Assembly (NCBI RefSeq): GCF_009914755.1
Contig: NC_060942.1
DNA: 64,000 nucleotides
DNA from: the human T2T-CHM13v2.0 reference genome, Homo sapiens
Strand: one strand, 5' to 3'
Both the position numbers and the translations under genes were made by a program. Shown piece after piece: positions 1 to 16,120 of this stretch (its first letter is position 1; each line of letters opens with the position of its first letter). The notes below the pieces were generated by a model. That model saw only the letters and a list, made by a program, of their open reading frames with translations, was not told the origin of the DNA and ran no database searches.

Positions 1-269
1 GACCCAATCTGGTACCATTTTTCTATTATCTCATTATACTGCCCTTCTTTTTGTTCGTGAAACACGCAAAGTACATTCTCACCTGAAAAGCAGAGGCTTT
101 TCACCTGTTGTTTCCTCGGGCTAGAAATTCTCCCTCCCTCCCTAGCCAGCCTACATAAATTTAGTCCACGTTACTAGTCATTCTCTAGTCCTTTATCCTT
201 TCATTGTCTTTACAACACTATTTTATTTAAAACACTATATACATTGAATGTATATGCAGTGTTGTAAAC

Positions 270-355
270 TATATATATATATACATATTCTATACATATA
301 GTGTTATAAAGAAAACTATATATACATATATACACACACACATACACATACATAC
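270..355. repeat. (TA)n/(CA)n compound low-complexity repeat
   Basis: Directly visible. Confidence 0.85.
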
Positions 356-2748
356 TTTTTATGTATTTAAGGAATTTTTCTTAATTATTACATACATCTC
401 TCTCTGTCCCCTATCAGAATATAAGCTCTCTGATAAGGCTCTTTTCTGTACTTTATATCACTACAGTCTAGCATATGGTAAAGTGCCCAGTAAATATTGC
501 TAAATGAATGTTAGATGTAGGTAACATGGAAGTGGTGGCCATTTAATCATCCCTAAATTTAAAAGCTATTTTACCTCTTTACCATACCGTCCTCAAAGTT
601 AAGTCTTACAATAAAAAGCTAACTTGCCTCTTCAGAAAAAGTAACCTCCACATTACTAGCACGCTCCTACATTTAGGTAGGTAAAGCTGCAGCAATGCCT
701 TGGAGATTTACCAGAAGACACTGGAATAATATCATCTGACAGACATAGCCAATTAAAGTGAAATGCCTTTACAAATCCTTATATCCAAACCAAGATACTA
801 TATCTTTATGACACAGGGGCTAACTACAAGAAATCTCATCATTTGGAGCTTTTGACTTGGATTATTATAACTCCCTGATAGTAAATACACATGAATTTTT
901 TAAAACCACATTGCACTATACAGATGATTATCTTTTGTGACAAAAGAAAAATCACAATATTTTGCAAGAACAGTGTCAACTAATATAAATTTCCAAATAG
1001 TTAACAAGAAAATAAAACATTAAATGAAAGTTCACATTCTTTTATTTTATCTCCTTCTACAACTAGGATAATAAGGCGAGTTTTAACAAAAAATATTCTT
1101 TCAGTTTAAATTTTGCAACAAAATGTATGACACTTGGTTATAAAAACTATAGTATATTAAAATTTAGAATTTTCAAAATTACTAAAATTCAGTGCATTTT
1201 TTTTAAAAACAAATTCGAAACTGACACATACATATTTATTTCTGACATTCCTTTTTTCCTATCATTCTATGACAGGAAAAATTATCTGGATGTTAATTTT
1301 TTAGAACTCCTCTAAAAAATTAACATCCAGATTATTCCTACTTGAAATTCATCATATACCAAAATGATCATATACATCAATAACTCAATTTACACCAAAT
1401 ATTTTCCTATCTGCAAAAATTTTTATTTCCAATAATTATTTAAAATCTGCCTCAAGAAAGATATCAAATCGTATTCCACCATTTTAAATTTCGGGGTATA
1501 ATAACTATCCCAAATACAGTGATCTTAGTTTCTTGACCTATTTATCTCAATGATACTCACCTGCCCTATAACTGAGGACCCCTTCTCTTTTCACTTGTTC
1601 TACCTCTAAAATCATAAATGTAGGTTTCTAATCTTCTTACTCAACTTGAAATATGGTCCTTCTTTGACCTCCAGTCCATAAACCCTTCTACTTTCTTCCC
1701 TGTAGTCTTTACAGCCTTTGGTTCTACAGTCAACATGTCATTTCAACTACTCAGCTCACTTGCACCACAGGCATTCCCTCCTCCCCGACAGCAATGAAAT
1801 AACTCAACCCTTGATTGATCGCAAGGTTCACATTCCCAGAAACCACACCAGCTAGCCAAAGATAAACATGCAAAGTAGAAGAGTCTCCCTATTAAGATTA
1901 TAGACACAATTGACTAAGCTCTTCATGCAGCCCAAAAATGCTACTATTTGATATTATCAAATATCTACTCATATTAGTCATTTCACACATTCAACATCTC
2001 ACTTTCAATCTCAAAGAAAATACAGACTCAATAGAAGGAGGCTCCTGCAACTTCCTGTGATATCTAAGCCCACCTAACCCCAATTAGCCATCATGTTCAA
2101 GGTCCCACCGCCTTCAACTTTCAAAGGCACTAGCTTCTTTTAATTAGCTACTTGCTACCCACTATCTTCAATCTTTCCTCCTCTGATTCTTTTTATTATT
2201 TCAACATACACAAATGAAAATGTAACTTCATTACAAACCCCTTCCAAGGTGCATCACCACTAACTGTCAAATCCCTAAAGGCAAGGCAGAAACAAATATA
2301 CAACCACCATCTAGAGAATACAAGATCACAAGAAAAAGCTACCCTGCCAAAGAAGACCTGAAAATCAAAATAACAGTATCTGCTAAAATAAACAACATAA
2401 GGAAGATTCAATAGCCATAACAAGTGGGAGGATTCTAATACCATAATCTAAACAAGATTATAAAATAAATATGTTTAAAATTCACAACAACACAAAAGAA
2501 GAAACTAGAGGACTTGTTCCTGGCCTTGAGCAGCTCTTAGGGAAGTGGCAAGTGCAACAGGCATGGAGCAGCCCACTCTTGCAACGATCCTCTAGGATCC
2601 TAACTATGGGAGACCCCATGACCTGCACAGACCTTTGAGTTGCAAGGGAGAACTGCCCAATGAGTTGCCAGAGACAGAATGCCAGTCTGCACAGAGCCCA
2701 GAGGGTCTGGCGCAGTAATGGCTGCAATGGGGCATGGCCATAGGTGCC

Positions 2749-3825
2749 TGTTGCGGGAAGTCAGGGACCCCGAACGGAGGGACCGGCTGAAGCCATGGGA
2801 GAAGAATGTGGATTGTGAAGATTTCATGGACATTTATTAGTTCTCCAAATTAATACTTTTATAATTTCTTATGCCTGTCTTTACTGCAATCTCTAAACAT
2901 AAATTGTGAAGATTTCATGGACACTTATCACTTCCCCAATAAATACGCTTGTGATTTCCTATGCCTGTCTTTACTTTAATCTCTTAATCCTGTCATCTCG
3001 TAAGCTGAGGAGGATGTATGTCGCCTCAGGACCCTGTGATGATTGCGTTAACTGCACAAATTGTAGAGCATGTGTGTTTGAACAATATGAAATCTGGGCT
3101 CCTTGAAAAAAGAACAGAATAACAGCAACGTTCAGGGAACAAGAGAGATCACCTTAAACTCTGACTGCCGGTGAGCCGGGTGGAACAGAGCCATATTTCT
3201 CTTCTTTCAAAAGCTAATGGGAGAAATATCACTGAATTCTTTTTCTCAGCAAGGAACATCCCTGAGAAAGAGAATGTGCCCTTGAAGGTGGGTCTCTAAA
3301 ATGGCCCCCTTGGGTGTGGCCGTCTTCTATGGTCGAGACTGTAGGGGTGAAATAAGCCCCAGTCTCCCATAGCGCTCCCAGGCTTACTAGGAAGAGGAAA
3401 TTCCCATCTAATAAATTTTGGTCAGACCGGTTGCTCTCAAACCCTGTCTACTGATAAGATGTTATCAATGACAATGGTGCCCAAAACTTCATTAGCAATT
3501 TTAATTTTGCCTGCGGTCCTGCGGTCCTGTGATCTCGCCCTGCCTCCATTTGCCTTGTGATATTCTATTACCTTGTGAAGCACGTGATTTTTGTGACCCA
3601 CACCCTATTTGTACACTCCCTCCCCTTTTGAAAGTCCCTAATAAAAACTTGCTGGTTTTGCAGCTTGTGGGACATCACGGAACCCACCGACATGTGATGT
3701 CTTCCCCGGACGCCCAGCTTTAAAATTTCCCTCTTTTGTACTCTGTCCCTTTATTTCCCAACCCAGCCGACACTTAGGGAAAACAGAAAAGAAACTACGT
3801 GACTATTGGGGCAGGTTCCCTGATA
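2749..3825 (+). mobile_element. MER11 solo LTR (ERVK/HML-8; length fits MER11C) inside the L1 5'UTR
   Basis: Starts TGTTGCGGGAAGTCAGGGACC and ends GGCAGGTTCCCTGATA. 6-bp TSD GGTGCC at 2743-2748 and 3826-3831. Internal 91-bp-period repeat; AATAAA near 3640. Confidence 0.88.
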
Positions 3826-6800
3826 GGTGCCCATCACCCAAATCTTGATATACTCCTCTAGGTGGCTTTAGCCTTAGTTCGCTGCCAGAAGTAGAAAGAG
3901 CAGGGCTATCTTTCCCACAAGACTGGGCCAACCTGATCTGAATGCCACCCTGTCTGCCAGCCTCTCAAAGGGTCCTGTCTGTCTCACTAGCTTGCAACAC
4001 AGCCTCAGCTGCCCTGCCGAAATGCTCCCCAACAGCCACCCCATAGGTCTTTTGCCAACAGCCTCTGCCTTCCTGTCAGAGCGCTTTTGCAAGCACACAC
4101 CCACCCACAGCCAATCCCTACTGGTGTGCACTTGCCTGCAGCCTCCCCTGCCAGTGCGCACTTGCCCATGGTTACCCCCACCACAAGTGCACTCTCCCAA
4201 AGCACCGCCCAACGCCCCCCCAGAGCACTTTCTCGGGCAGTCACCATCGGAAAGTTGTTGCCAGCAGTCTGGGAACATCTCGGCTCCTCCAGTGCAGCAG
4301 ATGCTTGACCTCAAGGGACCAGAAATCAAAGCCACTGGCCTGTTCAGTGCACCCCCAGGGTTAGAGCACACAGCCCAGGGGTGCTGAGCTGAGCTCTGGC
4401 CCTGAAAGCACACAGAAACCAAGCCAATTGACTAATCCCAACTTATACCACAGTAAAATCCTCAATGGCATCAAATAATATAAAAGCAAAAGGCCCCATC
4501 CAAAGTACAGCAACTTCAAAGATTAAAGGAACATCTGCCCACACAGGTAAGAAAAAAACAGTGTAAGAATTCTGGCAATTCTAAAAGCCAGAATGTCTTC
4601 TTATTTTCAAATAACCACACTAGCTCCCCAGCAATCGTTCTTAACCAAACTGAAATGGCTAAAATGACAGAATTCAGAAGCTGGAAGGCAAGGAAGCTCG
4701 ACAAGATATAGAAGAAGGCTGAAGCCCCACCCATGGAAACCAGTAAAATGGTGGTTTGATCCATGATTGGATCTGACACAAACATTTTAAGTAAGAACAA
4801 AACTGAACTTCTGGAAACAAAAATTTCATGATAGGAATTTCATAATGCAATTGGAAGCATTAATAACATAACTGAGGAAAAAAATCTCAGAGCTCAAAGA
4901 CTACTCCTTTGAATCATCACAGGCAAACAGAAATAAAGAAAAAAGAATTAAAAAAAAAACTTCAAGAAATATGGGATTATGTAAACAAAACGAACCTAAC
5001 ACCCATCAGCATTCCAGAAAGAGAAGGAGAGAGAGCAAGCAACTTGGAAGGCATATTTGTGGATATTTTCCACGAAAATTTCTCCAACCTCACTAGGCAG
5101 GTCAATAAGCAAATTCAGGAAACTCAGAGAACCCCAGTGAGATACTATTCAAGATGACCACCCCCAAGACACATAGTCATCAGATTCTCCAAGGTCAACA
5201 GGAAAGAAAAAATCTTAAAAGGAAGCTAGAAAGAAAGAGCAGGTCACATATAAAAAGAACTCCATCAGGCTAACAGCAGACCTTTCAGCAGAAACCTTAC
5301 AAGCCAGAAAAGATTGGGGACCTATAATCAGCATGCTTAAAGAAATTCAAACCAAGTATTTCATATCCAGCCAAGCTAAGCTTCATAAGCAAAGGAAAAA
5401 CAAAATTATTTTCAGAGAAGCAAATGCTCAGGGAATTCATTACCATGAGACCTGACTTACAAGGGGTCCTCAATGGAGTGCTAAAAAAGGAAGCAAAAGA
5501 CCATTACCTGCCTCCACAAAAACACACTAAAATACATCTCCCACTGACACTATGATGCAACTATACAATCAAGTCTACGTAACAACCAGCTAGCAACATG
5601 GCGACGGAATCAAATCCTCACATATCAATACTGACCTTGAACATAAACGGGCTAAACACCCCACTTAAAAAGCACAGAGTGGCAAGCTGGATAAAGAACC
5701 AAGACCCAACTATATGCTGTCAAGAGACCCAACTCACATGCAGTGACACCCACATGCTCAAAGTAATAGAATGGAGATAAAGATCTATCCAGCAAACAGA
5801 AAACAAAAAAAGAGCAGGAGTTGCTCTTCTTATTTCAGACAAAACAGACTTTAAACCAACAATGATCAAAAGGATAAAGAAAGGCATTACATAATGATAA
5901 AGGGTTCAATTCAACAAGAAGATTTAACTATCCTAAATATATATGCACCCAGCATTGGAGCACCCAGTCATAAAACAAGTTCTTAGAGACCTACAGAGTT
6001 TTAGACAACCACAAAATAATAGTGGGAGACTTCAACACCCCACTGACAGTGTTAGACAAATCACTGAGGCAGAAAACTAACAAAAATAGTTGGGACCTAA
6101 ACTCGACACCTGACCAAATGGACCTAGGAGACTCTACAGAGTACTCCACTCAACAAAAGCAAAACACATTCTTCTCATCTGCACACAGCACACACTCTAA
6201 GATCAACCACACACTCAGCTGTAAAGCAATTCTCAACAAATTCAAGAAAACCGAAATCATACCAACCACACTCTCAGGCCACAGTGCAATAAAAATAGAA
6301 ATTATTACCAAGAAGATCTCTCAAAAATGATACAATTACAGGGAACTTAAACAACCTGCACCTGAATGACTTTTGAGTAAAGAATGAAATTAAGGCAGAA
6401 ATCATAAAATTCTTTGAAACTAACAAAAACAGAAACACAATATATCAGAATCTTTAGAACACAGCTAAGGCAGTGTTAAGAGGAAACTATACAGCACTAA
6501 ATGCCTATATGAAGAAGTTAGAAAGATTGCAAACTAACAACCTGACACCACACTTAGAGGAACTAGAAAAGCAGGAGCAAACCAACCTGAAAGCTAGCAG
6601 AAGAACCAAAATCAGGGCTGAACTGAATGAAACTGAGACACAAAAATTCACACAAAAGATCGACAAAACCAAATTTTGGTTCTCCAAAAGAATATACAAG
6701 ATTGATATATCATTAGCTAGATTAATAAGGAAAAAAAGAGACAATCCAAATAAACACAATCAGAAATGACAAAAGTGACATTATCACTGACCCCACAGAA

Positions 6801-9409
6801 AGACCCTCAGAGACCATTAAGAAAAACTCTATGCATACCAAATAGAAAGCCTAGAAGAAATGGATAAATTTCTGGAAATATACAAACTCCCAAGATTGGA
6901 CCAGAAAGAAATTAAAACCATGAACAGAACAGTAATGTGTTCCTCCAAAGTTGAATCAGTCATTAAAAAATAAAAAAAGCCTACCAACCAGAAAAAAACA
7001 CTGGGCCAGACAAACTCACAGCCAAATTCTACCAAATGTAAAAAGAACTGTTACCAATCCTACTGAAATTATTCCAAAAAATGAAGGAGGAGTGACTCCT
7101 CCCTAACTCATTCTATGAGGCCAGCATCATCCTGATACCAAACCCTAGCAGAGACACAACAAAAAAAGAAAACTTCAGGCCAATATCTCTGATGGACATA
7201 AATGTAAAAATTCTCAACAAAATATTGGTATACTGAAACCAGCAGGACAGCAAAAAGCTAATCCACCACGATCAAGTATGCCTTATCCACTGGATGCAAG
7301 GTTGATTCAACATATGCAAATCAATAAATGTGATTCATCACATAAACAGAACCAAAAAGAAAAACCACATGATCATCTCAACAGACACAGAAAAGGTTTT
7401 GGTAAAATTCAACATTCCTTCTTGTTAAAAACCCTCATCAAACTAGGCATTGAAGCCTCAAAATAATGAGTTATCCATGACAAAGCCACAGCCAGTATCA
7501 TACTGAACAAGCAAAAGCTAGAAACAGTCCCCTTGAGAACCAGAACAAGACAAAGATGCCAACTCTCACCACTTCTATTCAATATGCTATTGGAAGGCCT
7601 AGCCAGATCAATCAGGCAAGAAAAATAAAAGGCATCCAAATAGGAAGAGGAAGTTAAACTCTCTCTCTTCACAGATGATTCTATACCTGAAAAAAAAAAA
7701 AAAAAAGAAAAAACCATATTCTCTGCCCAAAAGTTCTTAGAACTGATAAATGACTTCGGTGAAGTTCCAAGATATAAAATCAATGTACAAAAATCAGTAG
7801 CATTTCTGTACTCCAATAACATCCAAGCTCAGAGCCAAATCACAATGAGAATTGTAAAACACTGCAGAAAGATATCAGAGATGACACAAATGGAAAAACA
7901 TTCTCTGCTTATGAATAGGAAGAATCAATATTGTTAAAATGGCCATACTTCCCAAAGCAATTTACAGATTCAACACTATTCTTATCAAACTACCAATGTC
8001 ATTCTTCACAGAATTAGAAAAAACCATTCTAAAATTTATATGGAACCAAAAAAAGAGACCGAATAGCCAAAGCAAACTTAAGCAAAAAGAACAAAGCTGG
8101 AGGCATCAGACTGCCTGACTTCAAACTATACTATGGGGCTACAGTAACCAAAACAGCATGGTACTGGTACAAAAACAGATACACAGGCCACTAGAACAGG
8201 TTAGAGAACACAAAAATATAGCCAGACACCTACAACCATCTGATCTTTGAAAAGACAACAATAACAAACAACGGGGAAATAACTCCCTACTCAGTAAACA
8301 GTGCTGGAATAACTGGTTAGGCGTATTCAAAAGATTGAAACTGGACCCCCTTCCTTTCACCATATATAAAAATCAACTCAAAATGGATTAGACTTAAATG
8401 TAAGACTTAAAACTATAAAAACCCTAGGAAATACCATTCTGGACACAGGTCTTGGAAAATATTTCATGATGAAGTCTCCAAAAAAAGCAACTGCAACAAA
8501 AACAGAAATAGATAAGTGGGACCTAATGAAACTAAAAAGTTTCTGCACAGTAAAAGAAACTATCAACTAAGTAAAAATATCAACTAAGTAAAAAGCCTAC
8601 AGAATGGGAGAAAATATTTGCAAACTATGCATGTGACAAAGGTCTAATATCCAGAATCTATAAGGAACTTAAATCAACAAGTAAAAAACAAATAACCCCA
8701 TTACAAATGGGCAAAGGACATAAACAGACACTTCTCAAAAGAAGACATACACACGGTCAACAAACACATGAAAAAATGCTCAATATCACTAATCATTAGA
8801 AAAATTCAAATCAAAACCACAATGAGATATCATCTCATACCAGTCAGAATGGCTATTATTAAAAAGTAAAAGAATAACAGGTGTTGGCAAGGTTGGAGAG
8901 AAAAGGGAACACAGTACTATAAGCCCTATACACTGCTTGTGGGAATTTAAATTAATTCAGTCACTGTGGAAAACAGTTTGGAGATGTCTCAAAGAAATTA
9001 AAACAGAACTACCATTTGACCTAGCAATCCCTTACTGGGTATAGACCCAAAAAAATATAAATCTTTCTACCAGAAAGACACATGAACCCAGATGTTCACT
9101 GCAGCATTACTCACAATAGCAAAGACATGGGATCAACCTAGATGCCCATCAACAGTGGATTGGATAAAGAAACTATGGTACATATACATCATGGAAAACT
9201 ACTCAGCCATTAAAAAAGAATAAAATAATGTCTTTTGCAGCAACATGGATGCAACCAGAGGCCATTATCCTAAGTGAATTAACACAGAAAAACCAAATAC
9301 AGCACATTCTCACTTAGAAGTGGGAACTAAACACTGCGTATACACATGGATACAAAGATGGGAACAACAGACAGTGGGGCCTACTTCACAAGGGAAGGTG
9401 GGAAGAGAA

Positions 9410-9773
9410 CGTATTAGCCTATTCTCACACTGCTATAAGGACATACCCGAGACTGGGTAATACATAAGGAAAGAAGTTTAATTGACTCACAGTTCTGCAT
9501 GGCTGAGGAAGTCTCAGGAAATAATCATGTCAGAAGGCACCTCTTCACAGGGCGGCAGGAGAGAGACAGAATGCCAGCAGAGACAATGCCAGATGTTTAT
9601 AAAACCATCAGATCTCATGAGAACTCACTCACTGTTAGAAGAACAGGATGGGGGAAACTGCCCCCATGATTCCAATTACCTCCTCCCACTGGGTCCCTCC
9701 CACGACACGTGGGGATTACAGAATTACAATTCAAGATGAGATTTGGGTGGGGACACAAAGACAAACCATATCA
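9410..9773 (-). mobile_element. THE1-family (MaLR) solo LTR inside the L1 3'UTR
   Basis: GTATTAGCCTATTCTCACACTGCTATAAG...AAACCATATCA termini typical of reverse-oriented THE1/MST LTRs; L1 3'UTR resumes after it. Confidence 0.87.
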
Positions 9774-10097
9774 GAGGGTGAGGATCAAAAAACTACCTAT
9801 TGGGTACTATGCTCACTACCTCGCTGACAAAATCATTTGTACACCAAACCCCAGCAGCACACAATTTACCCATGTAACAAACCTGCACATGTACCCCCAA
9901 CCCTAAAATAAAAGTTGAAAAAAAAAAAAAAAAAAACAGAAACTAATGAAAGATTACATGAAAAAAGAACAAGTCAGTTAAAGAAAGCAAAGAAAAGGTA
10001 TAGACATGAAAAACAGTATAAGTGATAATCAAAACTTGATAAATTTAAAAAAAACTATGATGGGAAATGACTTTGCACCCATTAGGATGGTTACTAT

Positions 10098-10133
<36 letters not shown>

Positions 10134-10135
10134 AA

Positions 10136-10534
<399 letters not shown>

Positions 10535-10656
10535 TCAAAAATTAAACACAGAATTACTGTGTGATCTACCAATTCCACTTCTGGGTATATAAACAATTGC
10601 AAAAAGATGGAAACAACCCAAATGCCTATCAACGGATGAATAAACAAAATGTAGTA

Positions 10657-10890
10657 TAGGATGAGTGTCCCTTATCTGAAATGCTTGGGACCAGAAGTGT
10701 TTCAGATTTTGAAATTATTTGGATTTCTTAATATTTGCATTATACTTTCCAGTTGAGCATCCCTAATCTGAAAATTCAAAACTGGAAATGCTCCAACGTG
10801 CATTTCCTTTAAGTGTCATTTCGGCACTCGAAAAGTGTCAGATTGTGGAGCCTTTTAGATTTTGGATTTTCAGAATTGGAGTGTTCATAT
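10657..10890. mobile_element. Tigger4a/MER46-type DNA transposon
   Basis: GAGTGTCCCTTATCTGAAATGCTTGGGACCAGAAGTGTTTCAGATTTT signature. Confidence 0.75.
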
Positions 10891-11244
10891 ATACAGACAA
10901 TAGATTATTATTAAGTCTTAAAAAGGAATGAAATGTTGATACATGTTACAACATGGATGAGCCTTGAGAACATTATATTAAGTGAAATAAGCCAGTAACA
11001 AAAAGACAAACACTGTATGATTCTACTTATATGAGTTACCTAGGGACCTCAAATTCATAGAGACAGAAAGTAGAAAGGTGGCTGTCAGGGGCTGGGAGAA
11101 GGGGAGAATGAGGAGTTATTGTTTAATGACTATAAAGTTTCAATTTGGGAGATGGGTAATGGTGATGATGGTACAACAATACGAATGTACTTATGCCACT
11201 GAATTGTACACTCAGAACATAGTTAAAATGGTAAAATTTTTTCC

Positions 11245-11599
<355 letters not shown>

Positions 11600-13060
11600 T
11601 AAATTAGACAAAGCTGAGGAAAGAATTAGTGTACTGAAAGGATAACACTGAGAAATTCTACCCAAATAAAACCTAAAAAGATGTGGAAAATATGAAAGAA
11701 GGCTTAAAAGACACAAAGGGTAAACTAAGAAGGTCTAACACAGGTCTAATAAGAGTTCCACTTGGAGAAAACAGCAAGGATAAGAGAAAAGCAATATTCA
11801 AAATAAGCATGACCAAGAATTATACAGAAGTGAAGGCAGATGGAGTGTTCAAAGCGAAAAGTCCTAAGCAAGATAAATGGAAAATCATGTATGCATGGAG
11901 ACATATTTTAATGAAACCGCAGGGCACCACAGAAAAGGAAAATATTTTAAAACAAACTAGAGAAAAAAATTAAAAGAAATCATAATTAACTGATATCAGA
12001 CTTCTCAACAATGATAGAAGCCGAATAAGAATTAAGCAATACTGGCAAAGTGCTAATAAAAACTAGCAGTCAACCTGTATTTTATATGCAGCCAAATTAC
12101 TATTCAAAATAAAGTGAAATCATGACATTTTCAAACGTATGCACACAGTCACAGACTGTCACTGAAAATACTGAAAAACTTACTTCAATAAAAAGGAGAC
12201 TGAACCTAAATATTTATCATTCAATAAAAGGAAGTATATTCAAACTTAATAGCAGTTAAGGTGAATGAACTAGGCAAATCTCAAATCCTGCTATATATAC
12301 TAATCATGCTATATATAAAATTCTTTAAATTATTTAAAGATAATATTTATATATAAAGATACAGCTTTATAAATAATATACAACAACTGGATGGGAAGAA
12401 TATACACCAGCTGTGGAAGAGTGGCTAGGCTATGCTGGTGGGAGAAGAGAAAGCAAAGAAGCTTCCTCTATAACTAGTATTTTTCTTTGAATAAAAATGA
12501 ATCAGAAGTAAAAATGGCAAAATGTAAACACTTATTATAACCAAATAGTACTTACAAGAGTGTTAAATACAAAAGGACACTTTCAAGAGTACGCAGTAAT
12601 ATATATACTTTTAAATATTGTCCTATGTACAGTGTTCTTTTCAATATTGAAATATTTAATATTCTATGCTGAAATATTTTATCATTTAAGAAGACAGAAA
12701 AATAAATATTTCAAAAGAAAAGAAAAATAAAAAATAACATTAAAAAAAACAGAATTAAAACCATAAAATCTAGGCCACAACAACCTAAAAGGTTTCCTGG
12801 GCATAGAAATCACTTTTGAATACCTGGAAATCAATTTTCCTTATAATTTTTCCATCATTAATACAACATAAATGTAATTCTTAATAAAACTTCAAATAAA
12901 GCAATTCAATTGCTGGACTTACTAAGTTAAGAGAATTTAATAGTACAAATTTTCCAGAATTGACTAGTAATTATCATCTACTTTTATGGGATATAGTTCT
13001 TATATCTCATACAAAAGGTCAAGTAAATTAAGTTTGAAGGTATAACAAGAGAGTCTACTA

Positions 13061-13342
<282 letters not shown>

Positions 13343-13958
13343 TTATTAAAAATAACCAATACTAGCAAGTACTCACCTAAGCACTTATTTGTTTCAGGGC
13401 AGAGGAGGTTCTGTCTTAAAGAGTATTTTTAAAAACCCAAAATGTCTTTAAAATCCCCTACTCAGTTAATGATTATCACATCACAGAATTTATTCTTTCC
13501 AAAAGCAATAAAGACACTAAGTTCTAAATAGAAATTTGCTGATGTCCTCAAAATAAATTAACCAATACACAGTCTTTTCTAAAAATCCACATAAGAAAAA
13601 GGTACAAAGTAATAAAAGTTACAAAACTCTCAGTTTAAGTTATTAATTAAAACTTTAAAGATAAATAAACAATGTGTGTGAATAGTCTGGATGGATACCA
13701 AAAACAAATGTATAAAAATCCAAGGATTATTCATTTTGATTGTAGGCATGACATTTTTGAAGTTTAATCTTGAATATAACAGTTAAGTATCCTAATGCAG
13801 CTGTACATATACCCTTTAAAAATCAGACACATATAAAAGCAATTAAACTAAAAAATAATAACAAAGATATACAGTCAGTTTCACTTTCACTGTTTCTAAG
13901 TTTACACACACCCTAAGTGTCCAATAATAACGTAATCACATTAAGAAAGAAAATATTA

Positions 13959-14072
<114 letters not shown>

Positions 14073-14492
14073 CTACAAAAGAAGCAGAATGGAACAATAA
14101 ATGTCAAGTTCATGTGCAATGATATTCTCAACAGCTAACTAAGCAGCTTCAAGAAATTAGACCATTCAGAGACCATGAGACTGTTTACATTTGTTTAAGT
14201 CCACTTTCTCATCAAGCAACCTAAAAATGTCAGCCGAGGTGGAGAAATGTAGGAAAATTCCCTAGCTAAATGCCACATGAGACTTTCTATTATTTAACTC
14301 TGAGTAAGCTTAAAGTTACAATCAAGTTGCCTGGTTCTTTGATTACTTCTTTGTAGCTCTACCTCCCCTAATAAAAGTAGGGCTAATGTATTTATTTTAT
14401 TATAAACCTGCCTCTTGTAGCAGCCTGACCACTAGGAACACACAGGACATTGAACACATGTGTGATTAACTGACCACACAAAATGCCACAGA

Positions 14493-14758
14493 GGCCAGAC
14501 CCAGTGGCTCCCAGCACTTCGGGAGGCCGAGGCGGGCAGATCACTTGAGGTCAGGAGTTCAAGACTAACCTGGCCAACATGGCGAAACCCCGTCTCTACT
14601 AAAAATACAAAAAATTAGCTGGTTGTGGTGGCACGAGCCTGTAATCCCAGCTACTTGAGAGGCTGAGGCGGGAGGTGGAGCTTGCAGTGCGCCAAGACTG
14701 CACCACTGCACTCCAGCCTGGGAGACAGAGTGAGATTTCGTCTCAAAAAAAAAAAAAA
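14493..14758 (+). mobile_element. AluS with two small internal deletions
   Basis: Alu body with poly(A); TSD GCCACAGA. Confidence 0.9.
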
Positions 14759-14904
14759 GCCACAGAAATACTTCAACTTAAAGACACAATTCAAAATTCT
14801 ATCACAGAGAAAACAAGAAGACAGTGGTACTAACATGGCAAAAGGAAAGGGGAAAAAAAACAAACTACAGTGGTAAGTAAGAAAAATCATAAATATCAAG
14901 TTCA

Positions 14905-15171
<267 letters not shown>

Positions 15172-15862
15172 TTCAAAGAAAATAAATAGGTTCAGATAGA
15201 TTCTACTGTAGGCACCAAAATGAGTAAGAATTTTATCCCTAATTCTTCAAGATCTTCAGGATCCATGTCCTTATTTTCAAACAATAAACAACTCTTGTAT
15301 CAATGTCTGTCTCTAAGACCCATTAACCCTTTCATTGATAACATACTAATATTCTAATAGTATTTTTAAAAGGGATAAATACCGACACATAATTATTGCT
15401 GTAACACTGCCATAAAGTCATCCTAATACATTATAAACAATGTAGTTCATCACTGTACTTAATATATTTCAAAAATCAGCCTTTATATATATGTAAGAAC
15501 TATCTATAAAATATTGAGGCAAAAATATGTCTACAAGTAAGCACTAAAATAGCCCTTATAATTTTGGTTACATCAACTGTCATTCAGTTCATATCAGTAA
15601 GTCACTTAATAGAGGTACTCATTATTAAATATTAAGACATTTGTAATAACCACTGCTTTTTTGTAAATCACTGATGTTAGGAATATACACCATTAATTAA
15701 AGTCTTCGTTTTACTTCTATACAAATCATATCCTTACTTTAACCTGTTAAATAACAGGTTATGTATAATTGACCCACTCAGGAATAATGTATCCCACCTG
15801 TGACAATTTAATTATATGTCCATCAATTTGAAAAGTATAGATTAAATTTTCAAAATATGTCA

Positions 15863-16120
<258 letters not shown>

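Larger units (their letters stand above)
2508..9937 (+). mobile_element. Near-full-length old primate LINE-1 (L1PA15-17-like), antisense to RTTN, dead
   Basis: GC-rich 5'UTR; ORF1 fragments (e.g. 4909..5157); ORF2 from 5598 (ISILTLNINGLN endonuclease start, GDFNTPL) with many stops and frameshifts; 3'UTR, AATAAA and poly(A). Flanking direct repeat AGAAACTA at 2500-2507 and 9938-9945. Confidence 0.92.

Noticed and set aside
2812-2990. 91-bp-period direct repeat that could suggest a CRISPR-like array
   Set aside because: Intrinsic internal repeat of MER11 LTRs; no unique spacers and eukaryotic context
3874-4422. Overlapping 182-aa and 131-aa ORFs
   Set aside because: They lie in the GC-rich L1 5'UTR, where stop codons are scarce; no recognisable protein
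4909-9300. L1 ORF1/ORF2 as functional genes
   Set aside because: Fragmented by many stops, frameshifts and an internal deletion near 7845
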